Positions 18,305 to 27,421 of a stretch of DNA of 27,731 nt are shown piece by piece (positions within the stretch are counted from its first letter, which is position 1; every line of letters begins with the position of its first letter). The translations under genes and the position numbers were made by a program. The notes under the pieces were generated by a model. The model searched no databases, was not told the DNA's origin, and saw only the letters and a list, made by a program, of their open reading frames with translations. This DNA comes from Nitrospirota bacterium (GTDB lineage: Bacteria > Nitrospirota > Nitrospiria > Nitrospirales > Nitrospiraceae), in contig CAVPGK010000027.1 of NCBI GenBank assembly GCA_963703955.1, forward strand, positions 1 through 27,731, given 5' to 3'.

Positions 18305-20747
18305 ATGAGCAAGGTCTACGATCATCGACTCATCGAGTCCAAGTGGCAGGCGTACTGGGAACAACATCGGACGTTTCGGGTCACGGAAGATCCGAGTCGC
18401 CCGAAGTTCTACTGCCTGGACATGTTCCCGTATCCCTCTGGCTCCGGGCTGCACGTCGGCCATCTCGAGGGTTACACCGCCACGGACATCATCTCCCGCT
18501 ATAAGCGCATGCGCGGCTTCAACGTGCTCCATCCGATGGGCTGGGACGCCTTCGGCTTGCCGGCGGAACAGTATGCCGTGAAGACCGGCATCCATCCGGC
18601 CATCACTACGGCTGAGAACATCGTGACATTTCGGCGCCAAATGAAGCGGGTCGGACTGTCCTACGACTGGGAACGGGAGATCAGTACGACCGACCCTGAC
18701 CTACTACCGCTGGACACAGTGGATCTTTCTGAAGCTGTTTGAGCGTGGGTTGGCCTATGTGGCGGAGGTGCCGGTCAATTGGTGCCCCGCGCTCGGCACC
18801 GTGCTGGCCAACGAAGAGATCGTAGACGGCCGGAGCGAGGTCGGTGGTTTTGAAGTCGTCCGCAAGCCCATGCGTCAGTGGGTGCTCAAGATCACGGCGT
18901 ATGCTGATCGCCTGCTCGAAGATTTGAAGCTGGTGGATTGGCCGGCCAGCACACTGGAGATGCAGAAGAACTGGATCGGTCGGTCGGTAGGCGCCGACGT
19001 GGAGTTCCCGCTCGTGGACAGGAATGGCAATATTCGTATCTTTACGACTCGGCCCGATACGCTGTTCGGCGCGACCTATATGGTGCTGGCGCCCGAACAT
19101 CCGCTCGTCGATGCCGTCACGACTCCGGAGCGCCGGGCCGAGATCACCGCCTATCGTGAGGCGACCGCGCGAAAAAGCGACTTGCAGCGCCAGGAATTGG
19201 AGAAAGAGAAGACCGGCGTCTTTACCGGCGGGTACGCCCTCAATCCGGTAAACGGCGAACGGCTGCCCATCTGGATCGCCGACTATGTCCTCATGAGCTA
19301 CGGGACCGGCGCCATCATGGCGGTTCCCGCGCACGACCAGCGCGACTGGGAGTTTGCTCGACGGTACGCGCTCCCAATCCGTGAAGTGATTGCGGGTGGC
19401 GATGTAGAAAAGGCGGCGTTTGTCGAGATCGATCAGGGCACCGTCGTCCATTCCACTACCCCTGACGGGTCCTTCTCAATCGACGGCCTGCCGCCCGCCG
19501 AGGCCATCCCCAAGATCACGGCATGGCTCGAACACCGGCGCAATGGCCGCAAAGCCGTCAACTACAAATTACGCGACTGGCTGTTCGCGCGTCAGCGTTA
19601 CTGGGGTGAGCCGTTTCCGATCATCTGGGTTGAAGGTGAACCGCGTCCGCTGCCGGAAGAGCAGCTGCCGCTCCGGCTTCCCGAGACGAACAACTTTAAA
19701 CCGTCGGGAACGGGAGAAAGTCCCCTGGCGAACCTCGAGGATTGGCTGAGGACCACCGATCCGGCGACCGGCAAGCCCGTCCGCCGCGAGACCAACACCA
19801 TGCCGCAGTGGGCCGGCTCCTGCTGGTATTACCTGCGCTTTCTTGATCCTGCGAACGATCGACAACTCGTGGACCCGGCTAAGGAGCGGTATTGGATGCC
19901 GGTGGACCTCTATATTGGCGGGAGCGAGCATGCCGTCCTTCACCTCTTGTACTCGCGCTTCTGGCACAAGGTGCTCTATGACATCGGGGTGGTGAGCACC
20001 CCCGAGCCGTTCATGAAGCTTGTCCACCAGGGCACGGTGTTGGGTGAGGACAACCAGAAGATGTCGAAGTCGCGCGGGAACGTGGTGAACCCCGACGAGA
20101 TGATCGACAAGTTCGGGGCGGATGCCGTGCGCCTCTATGAAATGTTCATGGGCCCGCTCGAGGCCATGAAGCCCTGGAGCACCAGGGGGGTCGAGGGGAT
20201 CACCAGGTTTCTGCATCGAGTCTGGCGGCTGATGGTGGATGAAGATGGCGGACTCAGCGGTGCTGTGATCGAAGCAGATCCCGCGATCGACCAACACCGC
20301 CTGCTCCATCAAACGATCAAGAAGGTCACGGTGGATTTGGAGGGGTTGCATTTCAACACGGCGATCGCACAGATGATGGTCTTCACCAACGAGATGACCA
20401 AACTCGAGAAACGTCCACGTGCCCTCTTGGAACCGTTCCTCCTGTTGCTGTCACCGTTCGCTCCCCATCTCGCCGAGGAATTATGGGAGATGATGGGGCA
20501 CTCGCCAAGCGTTGCGTATCAGCGTTGGCCTTCGTACGATCCGGCGCTCGTCCTCAGCGATCGCCTCACGATCCCCATCCAGGTCAATGGCAAGCTTCGC
20601 AGCAAGATCGAGGTCCCGGCCGATTGGAGCGAGGAGCAGATCGTCGGATTCGCCCGCCAAGATACGAAACTCTCGGAATGGCTGCAGGGGAAGGCTCCGC
20701 GCAAAGTGATTTATGTTGAAAAGAAGCTCATAAATTTCGTCGTGTGA
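18305..20747 (+). CDS. leuS: Leucine--tRNA ligase (813 aa) with a 1-nt insertion at ~18701
   Basis: MFPYPSG..LHVGH (HIGH), TTRPDT editing domain, KMSKS; removing one C in GAC-C-TAC restores [17 protein letters not shown] and fuses ORFs 18305-18742 and 18750-20747. Confidence 0.96.
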
Positions 20748-20760
20748 CCCCAGGGGGCAA

Positions 20761-21444
20761 GTGAAAAGTATAAAGGTAAAACGCAAAAGGTTCGGTTCTA
20801 TGGCATTGTCTTCCTATTTTTGCCTTTGCCTTCTTACTTTTTACTTGGCGGTCGGCATGCTGACCGGCTGTGGCTATCAGTTCCGTGTGCATGGTCCGGG
20901 GCCGACGATCGGGGGCACATCGGAGGCTCAGGCGAAAGCGCAGGCCAATGCGCCGACCATGTCCATCCCCAATTTTGACAACAAATCCTTCGAGCCCAAC
21001 CTGGAGCTGAAATATACGAACTATGCACGCCATGAATTTGCGGCGGGAAGCGGAGCTCGTATCGTGACCGGCTCGGAGCCGTCAGATCTGGTGTTCAAAG
21101 GGCAGATTGTGACCGTGATCGTTCCGACCCTAGCCTTCACCATCGAGCCCATTAGCCAGACGCTGGAAAGTCGAGTGACGGTCATGGTGCGCGCTTCCGT
21201 GGAAGACGTTCGTGCCAAGAAGGTCATCTGGAACCAGCTCGTGACCGCCTCGTCGGAATATTTCCTGACCAATGATTTGCAATTCAATCGTATCCTGCAG
21301 GACCGCGCGCTGGAGCAGGCCGGCCAGTTGATCGTGCAAGATCTTGCCGCCCGGTTTCAGAGTCACCTCGACACCTATGGAATGGGTGTCGCACCGGATA
21401 CGGCGCCCGTTCCGCGGCTGCCGACTTCCCCCGGCCGGCGGTGA
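20761..21444 (+). CDS. lptE: LPS assembly lipoprotein LptE
   Basis: Lipobox MLTGC-GYQF; conserved leuS-lptE-holA order. Start GTG 20761 or ATG 20800. Confidence 0.8.
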   Translation: MKSIKVKRKRFGSMALSSYFCLCLLTFYLAVGMLTGCGYQFRVHGPGPTIGGTSEAQAKAQANAPTMSIPNFDNKSFEPNLELKYTNYARHEFAAGSGARIVTGSEPSDLVFKGQIVTVIVPTLAFTIEPISQTLESRVTVMVRASVEDVRAKKVIWNQLVTASSEYFLTNDLQFNRILQDRALEQAGQLIVQDLAARFQSHLDTYGMGVAPDTAPVPRLPTSPGRR

Positions 21445-21462
21445 GGCCGGCAGGCGGTTAAC

Positions 21463-22590
21463 ATGAGACTCATGAAAGCCCACGAACTCGAGAGCGCCGT
21501 CAAGAAACATGCGGTGGGGCCTCTCTACTTGATTTCAGGTGAGGAGGATTACTTACGCGATCAGGCGGTCGCCGTCGTCAAGTCGGCGGTGTTGGGCGAG
21601 GACGGAGCTGGGTTGGCGGAATTCAACTTCGATATCGTGCATGGAGATGAGAGTGACGCCTCGGAGATTCTGAGTCGAGTCGGAGAAGCGCCGGCCTTTG
21701 CCGCCCGCCGGCTCGTGCTCGTGAAGTCCGCGGAAAAGCTATCGCCTCGCGACGGTGACGCGCTGCTGCCATACCTGAAGACGCCGTGCGAGACCACCAC
21801 GCTGGTGTTCGTGACGCCAAAGCTGGATGGCCGGACGAAATTTGCCCTGGCGCTGAAGGAGGAGGCCGTCGTGGTGGACTGCTCGCCGATGCCCGACCAG
21901 CAACTGCCGATTTGGATTCGAGCCGAGGCCGGCCGTTTGGGCGTGCATGTCAATGAAGACGCCGTGTTGCTGCTCCGCGACATGGCGGGGAGCGGATCCT
22001 TGGCGCTTGTCAGGCGCGAACTAGAAAAACTAGCTGCCTACGTAGGTGAAGGCCGGGCGATTGGACTCACCGAGGTGGAAGCCGTGCGGGGTAGCGAGGT
22101 CGGCGCATCGGTCTTCGACCTCACGGCGGCCATCGGCGCGCGGAACTGTGTGCGCGTGCTTCGCATCGCAGCAAGGAACCTGGAAGCGGGAGAACCTCCT
22201 TTACGGATCCTGGGCTCACTGATCTGGCAATACCGTCAGGTCTGGAAAGCAAAAGACGTGTTGAGACAAAACCGCGAGACCGAAGCGGGACGGCTCCTCC
22301 GGATGCCTCCATTCAAGGCGAGGGAGTTTTTGGGAAAGTTCTCGGAGTCTCACCTGAGGGCGGCCTTCAGGATGTTCTTGGAAACCGACTCCAAATTGAA
22401 AGGCGGCAGCGCAAGCGCGCCCGGGCGGGTCTTGGAGGCGTTGTTGCTGGATCTGTGCCGAAGAGCAGGATCAGGGTCCACCCCTGGGGGTCAAGCCTCG
22501 CTCATGAAATCTCCATCGGCGACCCCTGGAGTCGTGAAGACGACCCGAATGATTCGAACTGTTAGGCCTGCGAGGCCGTTACCGCATTGA
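21463..22590 (+). CDS. holA: DNA polymerase III delta subunit
   Basis: YLISGEEDYL, ARRLVLVK, ELEKL, SVFDL, DSKLKGG; synteny with leuS/lptE/rpsT. Confidence 0.92.
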   Translation: MRLMKAHELESAVKKHAVGPLYLISGEEDYLRDQAVAVVKSAVLGEDGAGLAEFNFDIVHGDESDASEILSRVGEAPAFAARRLVLVKSAEKLSPRDGDALLPYLKTPCETTTLVFVTPKLDGRTKFALALKEEAVVVDCSPMPDQQLPIWIRAEAGRLGVHVNEDAVLLLRDMAGSGSLALVRRELEKLAAYVGEGRAIGLTEVEAVRGSEVGASVFDLTAAIGARNCVRVLRIAARNLEAGEPPLRILGSLIWQYRQVWKAKDVLRQNRETEAGRLLRMPPFKAREFLGKFSESHLRAAFRMFLETDSKLKGGSASAPGRVLEALLLDLCRRAGSGSTPGGQASLMKSPSATPGVVKTTRMIRTVRPARPLPH

Positions 22591-22840
22591 CCTTTGCGGT
22601 GAGACGGGACACCCGACGGGAGGCAGTGTTGCGCTTGATCACCCCTTTGGTGGCCGCTTTGTGAAGAGCCGAGGTAGCTTCACGGAGGGAGGCCTTGGCC
22701 TCCTCAGCGTTCTTCTCCTCGACGGCGCTGAGCACCTTCTTCATGAGACTCTTGACCGAGCTGAGGACCGTCCGGTTCCGCTGATAGCGTTTTTCGGCCT
22801 GCCGCGCCCGCTTGATCGTCGATTTGTGCACAACCGGCAT
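22562..22840 (-). CDS. rpsT: 30S ribosomal protein S20
   Basis: MPVVHKSTIKRARQAEKR...KGVIKRNTASRRVSRL; GGGAG RBS. Confidence 0.96.
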   Translation of the reverse strand: MPVVHKSTIKRARQAEKRYQRNRTVLSSVKSLMKKVLSAVEEKNAEEAKASLREATSALHKAATKGVIKRNTASRRVSRLTAKVNAVTASQA

Positions 22841-23028
22841 AGTCCACTCCCAGTGTGAAAAGAGGCAGGTTTGTAACACAACAGGTGCAGTGGGGTCAAG
22901 GGTTGAAGGACGCAGGGCTGGCTGGGCTGCCTGCCAGTGCTCGCGTACCGCGCTGGATGAACTCATGGAGCGCAGGGACAACTACCCAGTCACCCCGTAG
23001 AGAAAGAAAGGACTGAAAGGAGCCCGTG

Positions 23029-23760
23029 ATGTCGAGGGTTGAGGCGCGGGATCGGTTAATACTCGCGTTGGATGTGCCGTCAGAAGACGAAGCGGAACGG
23101 CTGTTAGACCGTGTTGGGGACGCCGTCGGTTTCGTGAAGATCGGATTAGAGCTGTACACGGCGGCCGGGCCACAGATGGTCACACGGGCCATCGCGCGCG
23201 GGAAGCGGGTATTCCTGGATCTGAAGTTTCTGGATATTGAAGAGACAGTCCGGCGTGCCACTGCGCGCGCCGCTCAGATGGGCGTCGAGTTCCTGACCGT
23301 TCACGCGAATCGAAAGGCGCTCAGGGCGGCCGTGGAAGGACGCGGGACTATCCCAGCCGATCGGCCCGGCCTGAAACTGTTGGCGGTGACGGTGTTAACG
23401 AACTTTGATGCAGGCGATCTTCGCGACATGGGCATTCAGTGGGGTGTGGCCGATCTGGTGGCCGCCCGAGCCAAGCTGGCGGCGGAAGTCGGTTTCGATG
23501 GAGTCGTCGCGTCCGGGGAGGAACCGGCGGCGATCCGTGAAAAGGTGGGGAAGGATTTTCTGATCGTGACCCCGGGCATCCGTCCGGGCGATCGAGGCGC
23601 CGACGAGCATGCGCGAGTCACCACCCCCACGCATGCGATCACCGCAGGAGCGGATTATCTGGTCGTGGGTCGGCCGATTCGAGATGCGGTTGACCCCAGA
23701 GTAGCCGCGGAGAAGATTGTGTCGGAGATGCAGGCAGCCTTCGATGCAGGGTCGGCTTGA
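23029..23760 (+). CDS. pyrF: Orotidine-5'-phosphate decarboxylase
   Basis: LILALD, KIGLEL, FLDLKFLDI (DxKxxD), VTPGIRP, VVGRPI; AAGGAG RBS. Confidence 0.96.
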   Translation: MSRVEARDRLILALDVPSEDEAERLLDRVGDAVGFVKIGLELYTAAGPQMVTRAIARGKRVFLDLKFLDIEETVRRATARAAQMGVEFLTVHANRKALRAAVEGRGTIPADRPGLKLLAVTVLTNFDAGDLRDMGIQWGVADLVAARAKLAAEVGFDGVVASGEEPAAIREKVGKDFLIVTPGIRPGDRGADEHARVTTPTHAITAGADYLVVGRPIRDAVDPRVAAEKIVSEMQAAFDAGSA

Positions 23761-23810
23761 CGGCCCTTGTTGCTCGCGCTCCCCCGGCGCTGCTAGGGAT
23801 AGCAGCCGTA

Positions 23811-23840
23811 TTGCGAGCCTTCCACCCCGTTTGTTAAGAT
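23811..23840 (+). promoter_or_regulatory. Candidate sigma70 promoter of tRNA-His
   Basis: TTGCGA-N18-TAAGAT with TGn, 40 nt before the tRNA. Confidence 0.5.
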
Positions 23841-23880
23841 GACTGCCTCCGCCACCATCCTCACAAGCACCACACTGAAC

Positions 23881-23957
23881 GGTGGGTGTAGCTCAACGGT
23901 TAGAGCGCTGGACTGTGGCTCCAGAGGTTGCGGGTTCGAAACCCGTCACTCACCCCA
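23881..23957 (+). tRNA. tRNA-His (GTG)
   Basis: G-1 plus acceptor GTGGGTG/CACTCAC, D arm GCTC/GAGC, anticodon arm CTGGA-CTGTGGC-TCCAG, T arm GCGGG-TTCGAAA-CCCGT, C73 and encoded CCA. Confidence 0.97.
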
Positions 23958-23982
23958 AATTCTTTCTCAGCCGTTTCTTTTG

Positions 23983-23995
23983 AATCAAAGACTTG
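23983..23995 (+). promoter_or_regulatory. IHF binding site next to the tRNA att site
   Basis: AATCAAAGACTTG is an exact WATCAANNNNTTR match, 25 nt after the tRNA end. Confidence 0.55.
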
Positions 23996-24637
23996 CGGTA
24001 TCATGGGTACCCGCTTCCACGGCAGAGGGTCCGCCTGGGGTGCAGATTCGACTTCTGTGAGCGCAGTCTTCACGGGGGCATCTAGTTTATCAACTGCCTG
24101 TTTGTTGCTTCCGGGTATTAAGTGTCCATACAGGTCTACCGTGACCTGTATTGAACTATGCCCCATTTGCTCTTTGACATAGACGAGGCTTTCTCCTTGC
24201 TGCAAAAGGAGTGAAGCGAAGGTATGCCGGAGATCGTGAAACCGGACTTGACGTAGACCCGCTGCTTGTAAAAGCCTGTGAAAGACTTTTCTTAGCGTAT
24301 TGTGATGCAAGAGCTGTCCTCGTTCATCACAAAATACCCATTGAGGAATTTTTGACGTGCCTTGTGTGGAAGCCTCTAATTGGCGATCCATGTACAGGTC
24401 TTTCAGTGCCTGAGTTAATTCAAGAGACATATCGACACGTCTGATTTCCCCACTTTTAGGCGTAGCTATTTGCTTCCGGGTGTAGTTGCGTCGGACTTCA
24501 AGAAAACGCCCGTTGTAATCAATGTCTCCCCATTGAAGGGCGATCAACTCCCCCTGCCGAAGCCCTGACCTGAGAGCGCACAGGAACACAGGGAAATACC
24601 GTGGAGCATAGGTGCGGACGTTATCGAGAAAGATAGC

Positions 24638-24673
24638 GACCTCTGCGCGAGTCAGCGGGTCAACCTTCCGTGT
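24638..24673. repeat. 36-bp direct repeat, left copy (flanks IS3)
   Basis: GACCTCTGCGCGAGTCAGCGGGTCAACCTTCCGTGT, identical to 25919-25954. Confidence 0.95.
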
Positions 24674-24734
24674 TGGGCCGCCGCCGGTTTCAAAGACACC
24701 GAGTTAGGTGTATGGATGAAACCGGAGGTGAGCC

Positions 24735-25025
24735 ATGGAGCGACGGAAGTTTACGCGGGAGTTCAAAGTTGAGGCCGTCAAGCTGATTAGGGAACGCGGA
24801 GTGACGGTGGCGCAAGCCGCACGCGATTTGGGCGTGCATAGCACGGTGTTGAGGCGCTGGGTGCAGGAGTATGCAGCCGATCTGCAGCAGGCCTTTCCGG
24901 GCCAAGGACAGATGAAACCCGAGCAGGAGGAGCTCGCGCGGCTCCGCCGTGAAGTTCTGAAACTGAAGGCGGAGCGGGACATCTTAAAAAAAGCCGCGGC
25001 CTACTTTGCGAAGGAGTCACTGTGA
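24735..25025 (+). CDS. IS3 transposase OrfA (HTH)
   Basis: RRKFTREFKVEAVKL...VAQAARDLGV...ERDILKKAAAYFAKE; GGAGG RBS; A7G slippery run at 24986-24993. Confidence 0.93.
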   Translation: MERRKFTREFKVEAVKLIRERGVTVAQAARDLGVHSTVLRRWVQEYAADLQQAFPGQGQMKPEQEELARLRREVLKLKAERDILKKAAAYFAKESL

Positions 25026-25888
25026 AGTTCGCCTTCATCGCGAAGCACCGGGGGATCTGGCCGACCGGTTGGTTATGCGAGGCGCTCGGTGTCTCGCGGG
25101 GAGGGTTTTATGTCTGGCTGACCCGGCCGCTGAGTGGACGGGCGCGGGCCGATGAGCAGCTACTGGCCAGAGTGCGGACCAGCTTCCTCACCAGCGATCG
25201 CACGTACGGGGCTCGGCGTGTCTGGCACGACCTGCTCGCGGAGGGAATCGCCTGCGGCCTCCATCGGATTGAGCGGCTGATGCGACAAGCGGCCTTACGA
25301 GCACGTCCTAGGCGGCGACGGGTACCGCTCGACACGGGCGTGCACTCGACGAACGCCCTGGCCCCGAATGTGCTCAACCGGTCCTTCGACGCCTCGTCTG
25401 CGAATCGCAAATGGGTTGCGGACTTCACCTATATCTGGACCGCCGAAGGCTGGCTCTACGTCGCCGCGGTCATCGATCTCTTTTCGCGACGGGTGGTCGG
25501 CTGGTCCATGAGTGCGACAATGACCGCGCAACTCGTCACCGATGCGCTCGTGATGGCGCTCTGGCGGCGGGGGAAGCCCGAGACCGGGCTGCATCACTCT
25601 GATCGAGGCAGCCAGTACACGAGTGAGCCTTTCCAGCGGCTCTTGGCCGACCACGGCGTCACCTGTAGCATGAGCCGGGCCGGCAACGTCTGGGACAATG
25701 CGGCAATGGAGAGCTTCTTCTCCTCACTAAAAACCGAACGCACGGCAGCTAAGACATACCGCACGCGAGCCCAGGCTAGGGCCGACGTGTTCGATTACAT
25801 CGAACGTTTCTACAATCCGACGCGGCGGCACTCCACGCTCGGGTATCTCAGCCCGATGGAGTTCGAAATGAAGGCCGGAGTAGCGTAA
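25022..25888 (+). CDS. IS3 transposase OrfB (DDE/rve)
   Basis: WVADFTYI, HHSDRGSQY, DNAAMESFF, YNPTRRHSTLGYLSP. Confidence 0.95.
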   Translation: MKFAFIAKHRGIWPTGWLCEALGVSRGGFYVWLTRPLSGRARADEQLLARVRTSFLTSDRTYGARRVWHDLLAEGIACGLHRIERLMRQAALRARPRRRRVPLDTGVHSTNALAPNVLNRSFDASSANRKWVADFTYIWTAEGWLYVAAVIDLFSRRVVGWSMSATMTAQLVTDALVMALWRRGKPETGLHHSDRGSQYTSEPFQRLLADHGVTCSMSRAGNVWDNAAMESFFSSLKTERTAAKTYRTRAQARADVFDYIERFYNPTRRHSTLGYLSPMEFEMKAGVA

Positions 25889-25918
25889 GCGGGTGTCAAC
25901 CACACCGGCAGCAGCCCA

Positions 25919-25954
25919 GACCTCTGCGCGAGTCAGCGGGTCAACCTTCCGTGT
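25919..25954. repeat. 36-bp direct repeat, right copy (flanks IS3)
   Basis: Identical to 24638-24673; abuts the terminal CA. Confidence 0.95.
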
Positions 25955-26049
25955 CTTGCTAACCTTGGGTAAAAATTTCCCCGGTTTAAGAGCTGTGTTA
26001 ACCGACACCAAGCCGTCTTCTACGGCATGGCTCATGAGGCTACTGAGGC

Positions 26050-27414
26050 GAGGTATAACCAAAAGGTGGGGAAATAGAAAAGAGGCGGTGTATCCTCACG
26101 GGTGACGAAACCCAACCGGCTGGGCTTCCCAGCCAGAATAGGAGGACGACACCGCCATGGAGAAGCAGAGCACAGAGCCAGGGGAAGCGTCAAGCGTGAA
26201 GTGGGAGAACTTGGAAACGTGGGTACGTGGACATGTGCAAGGATTCATCCAACAGGTGCTGGAAGAAGAAGTCAGCGAGTTCTTGGGGCGCCAGAAATCG
26301 CAGCGCCGGCGGCCGCGCGAGGAGCGTGGCTATCGGAATGGCTATGGGAAACCGCGCCGCGTGACCCGAGCTGCGGCGACGATCACCGTGCAGCGGCCCG
26401 GTCCGGACTGTGAAGCCCGGTTTGTCAGTCAGGTGTTGCCGCTGTTCAAACGCAAGAGCACGACGATCGAGACTCTGGTGCCGGAGTTGTATCTACATGG
26501 GCTGGCGCTGGGGGACTTCGAGTTGGCGCTCCGAGGCCTATTAGGGGATGGGGCACCCTTGTCCGGCTCCACCGTGGCGCGGCTGAAGGAGAAGTGGCAG
26601 GGAGAACTGGCCATCTGGCAAGGCCGTCGCCTCGACGAGGTCGAAGCGGTGTATCTATGGATCGATGGGATCTATGTAAAGGCCGGCTTGGAGAAGGAGA
26701 AGGCGGCACTGCTGGTCGTGTTGGCGGCTCTCAGTGATGGGCGGGAAAGTGCTCGTGGCAGTCACGGCAGGGTACGGGAATCCACGGAGAGTTGGGGAAC
26801 GGTGCTCCGTGAGCTGCGCGACCGTGGGTTGCGGCCACCCCGGTTGGTGGTGGGCGATGGACACCTGGGGATCTGGAGCGCCTTGCGCCAGGTCTATCCG
26901 GAGGCCGAGGAGCAGCGCTGTTGGAACCATAAGATCGTCAATGTGCTCGATAAGCTGCCGAAGCGGCACCAGGCGGCTGGCACGGCGCTCCTCCGCCGAT
27001 ACCCGGCACCCCTACGCGCCGGGAGGCCGAACGGCGCCGCGATCAGTTTGTAGCTTGGTGTGCGCAACACGGCTATGCCGACGCGGCGAAGTGCGTGATG
27101 ACCGACTGGAGCGGCTGGTCACCTTCTACCGCTTCCCGCAGCCTCACTGGCAGCATCTGCGAACGTCAAATCCCGTGGAGTCGCCGTTCGGAGCTGCGCG
27201 CCTGCGGACCGATGCCGCCAAGCGGTTCAAACTGGTGAAGAATGCCACGGCGGTGATTTGGAAGATGCTGCTGGTGGCGGAACACACCTTCCGGCGCGTG
27301 AAACATCCGGAGCTCATGCCCGCGGTCTATCGAGGCGTCACGTTCATGGATGGAATGCAGGTGGAAAAAGAGGTCGCCGCCTAATTCTATTTACACACTT
27401 CTTGACATGACTTC
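26050..27414 (+). mobile_element. IS256-family insertion sequence (~1365 bp)
   Basis: Imperfect 30-bp terminal IRs (GAGGTATAACCAAAAGGTGGGGAAATAGAA vs GAAGTCATGTCAAGAAGTGTGTAAATAGAA, 20/30) around a Mutator-type transposase. Confidence 0.88.
26157..27384 (+). pseudogene. IS256-family transposase with multiple frameshifts
   Basis: YRNGY, LWIDGIY, VVGDG, QRCWNHK, RTSNPVES motifs spread over several frames; apparent indels near 26370-26415, 26745, 26776, 27000-27015 and 27110. Confidence 0.85.
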
Positions 27415-27421
27415 ACTGCTT

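Larger units (their letters stand above)
24674..25918 (+). mobile_element. IS3-family insertion sequence (1245 bp)
   Basis: TG...CA ends; IRL TGGGCCGCCGCCGGTTTCAAAGACACC vs reverse-complemented IRR TGGGCTGCTGCCGGTGTGGTTGACACC; orfA/orfB in -1 arrangement. Confidence 0.95.
23900..26049 (-). pseudogene. Tyrosine recombinase/integrase interrupted by IS3 and cut at its 5' side by IS256
   Basis: Catalytic GLRQGEL, FHDLRHT, GHSSIQVTVDLYGH in 23900-24673; core-binding piece LSSLMSHAVEDGLVSVN in 25919-26049 joins in frame once the IS and one repeat copy are removed; visibly more AT-rich than the backbone. Confidence 0.9.

Noticed and set aside
18694..18699. CCCTGA shift-prone motif at the leuS break; split LeuRS as in Aquifex
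   Set aside because: CCC-TGA is not in the translated frame, the break is inside a conserved motif, and the second ORF has no SD; a sequencing indel is simpler.
1436..23642. Many long antisense or alternate-frame ORFs (e.g. 1436-2101, 7568-8401, 15466-16287, 18681-19451, 19569-20351)
   Set aside because: Shadow ORFs of real genes, expected in GC-rich DNA.
24986..24993. A7G -1 frameshift signal between IS3 orfA and orfB
   Set aside because: Real but standard for IS3; not novel.
24638..25954. 36-bp repeats as a CRISPR array or att cores
   Set aside because: Only two copies, separated by an IS and lying in integrase coding sequence; no cas genes and no match to the tRNA.
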